NCBI GenBank assembly: GCA_034408725.1
Contig: JAWXCN010000224.1
Coordinates: 1-11,100, forward strand
DNA: 11,100 bases
Source: Candidatus Hydrogenedentota bacterium
GTDB lineage: Bacteria; Hydrogenedentota; Hydrogenedentia; Hydrogenedentales; SLHB01
Reading direction: 5' to 3'
The notes beneath the pieces were generated by a model, which did not search any database, was not told the DNA's origin, and saw only the letters and a program-made list of their open reading frames with translations. Of the stretch, positions 8,646 to 11,100 are shown in pieces; position 1 is the first letter of the stretch; each line of letters opens with the position of its first letter. Both the position numbers and the translations under genes were made by a program.

Positions 8646-8691
8646 CATTCAATCACACGGTGTATGTTGTGGCCGTATGACAGAATTCCAG

Positions 8692-8715
8692 GGAGGGCAC
8701 GCGTCCTCGCGTGCT
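8692..8715 (+). repeat. GGAG-led hairpin between convergent dnaN and pyrF (REP-like; possible terminator)
   Basis: GGAG-GGCACGCG-TCCT-CGCGTGCT: 7 Watson-Crick pairs plus a G-T pair, no long U-tract. Confidence 0.55.
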
Positions 8716-8721
8716 TCAAAT

Positions 8722-9507
8722 CTAATACACCCTCGCGCTTATTCCGCGGCCAATATCTTCGATGATGCGCTTTGCGGCATCGGGCCTATTGGCACTATTT
8801 CGAATTGGCCTGCCAACAACAATGTAATCCGCGCCGTCTTTTATAGCCTGGAATGGGGTGCATGGACGTTTATGATCGTCAGTGCCCAATCCCTCGGGTC
8901 GAATACCCGGACAAATAAGGATCGGGTTCTTATCCACGAAATGTTGTCGTAGCGCGCCAACATTCTCCCCTGACGTAATTAAACCATCGCATCCCATCTG
9001 TAAGGCAGATTCCGCGCGGGCTTCAATATATCGCTCGATTGTTGCGAATGGCCGGCCTTCCCCTACAACTCCGAGCTTGTGAAAATCCTGCCCATTCAGG
9101 CTCGTCAAAACCGTAATCTGAAAAATTTTGGGTAGCGCATTCTCACCCCGGCCATCTACCGCGGCCCTCGCGGTCGCCTCGGAGCCGTGAATAGTGACGA
9201 ACTCCACGTTCAGAGCCGCCATTTGTCTCATGGCCCTCGTTATCGTCTCGACTACATCGTCCATCTTAAGGTCGAAGAAAACTTTATGTCCGCGTTCATG
9301 AAGCGCCTTAATCGCATCGAGTCCAGCCGACAAAAACAACTCGAAACCCACCTTGAAGAAAGAGACCGATCCTTCGAGGCTGTCGACAAGTTCCAGGGCT
9401 TCTGAAAGATTATTGAAGTCCAGCGCGACGATTAGCCGCTCGCCGGGAGTTACATGGTTTTCCTCATGTTTATCGTGACGGCTGGTATCTTTGCTCATAG
9501 ATGGCAT
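8722..9507 (-). CDS. pyrF: Orotidine-5'-phosphate decarboxylase
   Basis: 261 aa. RLIVALD, FFKVG, DxKxxD (DLKMDD), VTIHG, TVLTS, PGIRP, GADYIVVGRPI. Confidence 0.92.
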   Translation of the reverse strand: MPSMSKDTSRHDKHEENHVTPGERLIVALDFNNLSEALELVDSLEGSVSFFKVGFELFLSAGLDAIKALHERGHKVFFDLKMDDVVETITRAMRQMAALNVEFVTIHGSEATARAAVDGRGENALPKIFQITVLTSLNGQDFHKLGVVGEGRPFATIERYIEARAESALQMGCDGLITSGENVGALRQHFVDKNPILICPGIRPEGLGTDDHKRPCTPFQAIKDGADYIVVGRPIRNSANRPDAAKRIIEDIGRGISARVY

Positions 9508-9655
9508 GTTTTTTCTTATCCCCTCGCAATCAAAGAATTCGTATGAAAACGGATTCTATCTTGCCATAGAAACGATCGTCGAGTCATTTGCGATCTTTAC
9601 TGCGAATGGCTTGAACAAAGGAGGAGAGACAACCTACATCGACTTGATTTTCCGT

Positions 9656-9883
9656 TGTGGATAACCTTCCAAAGCTAAGTTGCATGGAACTATGTTCCAC
9701 GTAAAAATTAGACGAGTAAGTCAAATTGAGCGAAAATCCTACTTTTGGTAGGCAGTTATAACTTATTTATATATAAGTGTTTACTGAGAAATATTAGGCG
9801 AACATTAGATTTTCGTGAATTTATGTGGCGCCCCCGGAAAAGGAGGAGCCTGTCTTGAACTGCGGTGAATAAGTTGTGAATAG
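9656..9883. promoter_or_regulatory. Second cluster of DnaA-box-like sites with parS-like and IHF-like sequences
   Basis: Perfect TGTGGATAA 9656-9664. GGTGAATAA 9864-9872 and TGTGAATAG 9875-9883. parS-like TGTTCCACGTAAAAAT 9693-9708. AT-rich inverted repeat ACTTAT-N6-ATAAGT 9761-9778. Confidence 0.5.
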
Positions 9884-10010
9884 AAGTGTTTTTTCGCTTT
9901 TCTGCGAAACAGATTTCCAGGATTCCAGGTTGAGGTGAACCCAGCCGGAACCGATTGAAGATTAAGATGGGGAAAACACCTTCAACCCCCACACCCGGTC
10001 ATTTTGCAGG

Positions 10011-10039
10011 TTGATTTTATCTCGCCGGAATGGCAGCAT
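10011..10039 (+). promoter_or_regulatory. Putative promoter for the riboswitch-gcvT transcript
   Basis: TTGATT-N17-CAGCAT with TG extension. Predicted start (~10046) falls a few nt before riboswitch P1. Confidence 0.45.
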
Positions 10040-10051
10040 ACCGCTGCTTTC

Positions 10052-10130
10052 GCCTGCCGTAACTGGCGATGCGACGTGGAAATAACCACGGGGGATCGGC
10101 AGGCCTTTCGAGAACGCCGTTCGCCTGGGC
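10052..10130 (+). ncRNA. ZMP/ZTP riboswitch (pfl RNA motif)
   Basis: P1 GCCTGCCG (10052-10059)/CGGCAGGC (10097-10104); junction TAACTGGCG; P2 CGTGG-AAATAA-CCACG (10075-10090); 11-nt linker; P3 GCCGTTCGCCTGGGC (10116-10130), whose loop CGCC pairs with GGCG (10065-10068) as a pseudoknot. Matches the known pfl consensus (ACUGRCG...GUGG..CCAC...GCCGnnCGYCUGGGC). Confidence 0.92.
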
Positions 10131-10201
10131 TCCCTGATGCTGTGTTGGTGCGGCACACCAGGGCACATCAGATATTTCTGTGGACCCGGAGGCGATTGAG
10201 G

Positions 10202-11100
10202 ATGCGGCGCACGCCTTTATATGATGAACACCTCGCGATGGGTGGCAAGGTCGTCGATTTTCACGGCTGGGCTTTGCCGGTGCAATTTTCGGGAATCGTT
10301 GAAGAGCACCAACACACGCGCACCAAAGCGGCGCTATTTGACTGTTCCCACATGGGCGAATTTTCCGTGCGTGGAAAAGTTGCCATGCAGGCATTCAGCG
10401 AACTCGTCTGTCTAAACCCGTTTAAGGTCCCCGTTGGTCGCGGCAAATACGGCGCGATGCTTCAGGAGGATGGTGGCATCATCGACGACGTAATCGCGTT
10501 CCGGCTCGGTGAAGAAGATTTTTTCGTTGTGACGAATGCGGGTCCGCTGGACACGGTATCGTCCAGAATGACAGCGGGAGGAGCCTCCGACGTTTCGGAT
10601 GCGACTGCGAAGATAGATATCCAGGGACCGTTCGCGCGCGACATCCTCGCGACCGAAATTCCCGCGTGTACGGAACTGAAGTATTATCAGGCGCGCCGCT
10701 CGGCCTGGAAGGGTGTGGACATCGTCCTCGCGCGCACGGGGTACACAGGCGAACTTGGCTATGAATTGTTTGTTCCCAATCGCATTGCCGTTGATTTCTG
10801 GCGCGCGTTGTTGGCGCATCCGGAAGTTAAGCCAGCGGGCCTCGGCGCTCGTGATACGTTGCGCACGGAATGTTGCTACGGACTTTCCGGTCAGGATTTC
10901 GATGCTTCGCGCACACCGTTGGAAGCAGCGATGGAATCGTTTATTGCGTGGGACAAAGATTTCGTGGGCAAATCGGCCTTGGAAGCCAAACGCGATGCAG
11001 GCGGCTACCCGATTTTGACGCCCATCAAAACGCAAGACCGGCGCGCGCCACGCCACGAGTTCGACGTCAAGCACGACGGCGAGATTGTCGGCGCCGTTAC
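10202..11100 (+). CDS. gcvT: Glycine cleavage system aminomethyltransferase T (3' end beyond window)
   Basis: Translated by hand; open to the window end: MRRTPLYDEHLAMGGKVVDFHGWALPVQFSGIVEEH..LFDCSHMGEF..GGIIDD..VVTNAG..IQGP..ARTGYTGELGYE..GLGARDTLRTE. GGAGG RBS at 10188-10192. Absent from the ORF track because no stop codon falls in the window. Confidence 0.96.
   Translation, partial: MRRTPLYDEHLAMGGKVVDFHGWALPVQFSGIVEEHQHTRTKAALFDCSHMGEFSVRGKVAMQAFSELVCLNPFKVPVGRGKYGAMLQEDGGIIDDVIAFRLGEEDFFVVTNAGPLDTVSSRMTAGGASDVSDATAKIDIQGPFARDILATEIPACTELKYYQARRSAWKGVDIVLARTGYTGELGYELFVPNRIAVDFWRALLAHPEVKPAGLGARDTLRTECCYGLSGQDFDASRTPLEAAMESFIAWDKDFVGKSALEAKRDAGGYPILTPIKTQDRRAPRHEFDVKHDGEIVGAV

Noticed and set aside
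9615-9660. GGAGAGAC as the start of a glycine riboswitch upstream of gcvT
   Set aside because: No following CCGAAG or CTCTCAGG elements, and nearly 600 nt from gcvT; the proximal leader is explained by the ZTP aptamer.
10134-10178. Hairpin after the aptamer as an intrinsic terminator
   Set aside because: Interrupted stem followed by ATATTTC, not a U-tract, and it does not overlap P3; it fits better as part of the RBS-sequestering fold. Not fully excluded.
9756-10394. Minus-strand ORFs 9756..9992, 9962..10168, 10017..10394
   Set aside because: No recognisable motifs; they overlap the riboswitch, promoter and gcvT on the opposite strand.
10221-11074. ORF-track entries 10221..10415, 10412..11074, 10713..11018 and similar
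   Set aside because: Off-frame or antisense shadows of gcvT, which starts at 10202 and has no stop in the window.
1-11100. CRISPR array, tRNA/rRNA, integrase or transposase, prophage
   Set aside because: No repeat-spacer periodicity, cloverleaf or recombinase motifs seen; the phage-annotated DUF5131 gene has no other phage genes beside it in this window.

Overview
Bacterial chromosomal window that appears to contain the replication origin. Left to right: a GC-rich palindromic repeat; three minus-strand genes (DUF5131/phage Gp37-Gp68-type three-Cys protein, 2,4-dienoyl-CoA reductase-type SDR, secreted repeat protein); a DASS/SLC13 transporter; a stand-alone GspE/PilB ATPase; a ~780-bp non-coding region with a DnaA-box cluster and a DnaA-box/DnaA-trio/AT-rich unwinding module (candidate oriC) directly upstream of dnaN, with no dnaA beside it; a convergent, somewhat divergent pyrF; a second intergenic region with more DnaA-box-like sites and a parS-like sequence; and gcvT (missed by the ORF track, runs off the window). 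The most notable items: (1) gcvT is preceded by a ZMP/ZTP (pfl-motif) riboswitch with an apparent RBS-sequestering expression platform, not by the usual glycine riboswitch; (2) a dnaA-less origin with a second DnaA-box cluster ~2.2 kb away; (3) two GGAG-led 24-nt hairpins with the same architecture but different stems. All calls come from reading the sequence by eye; no searches were run.
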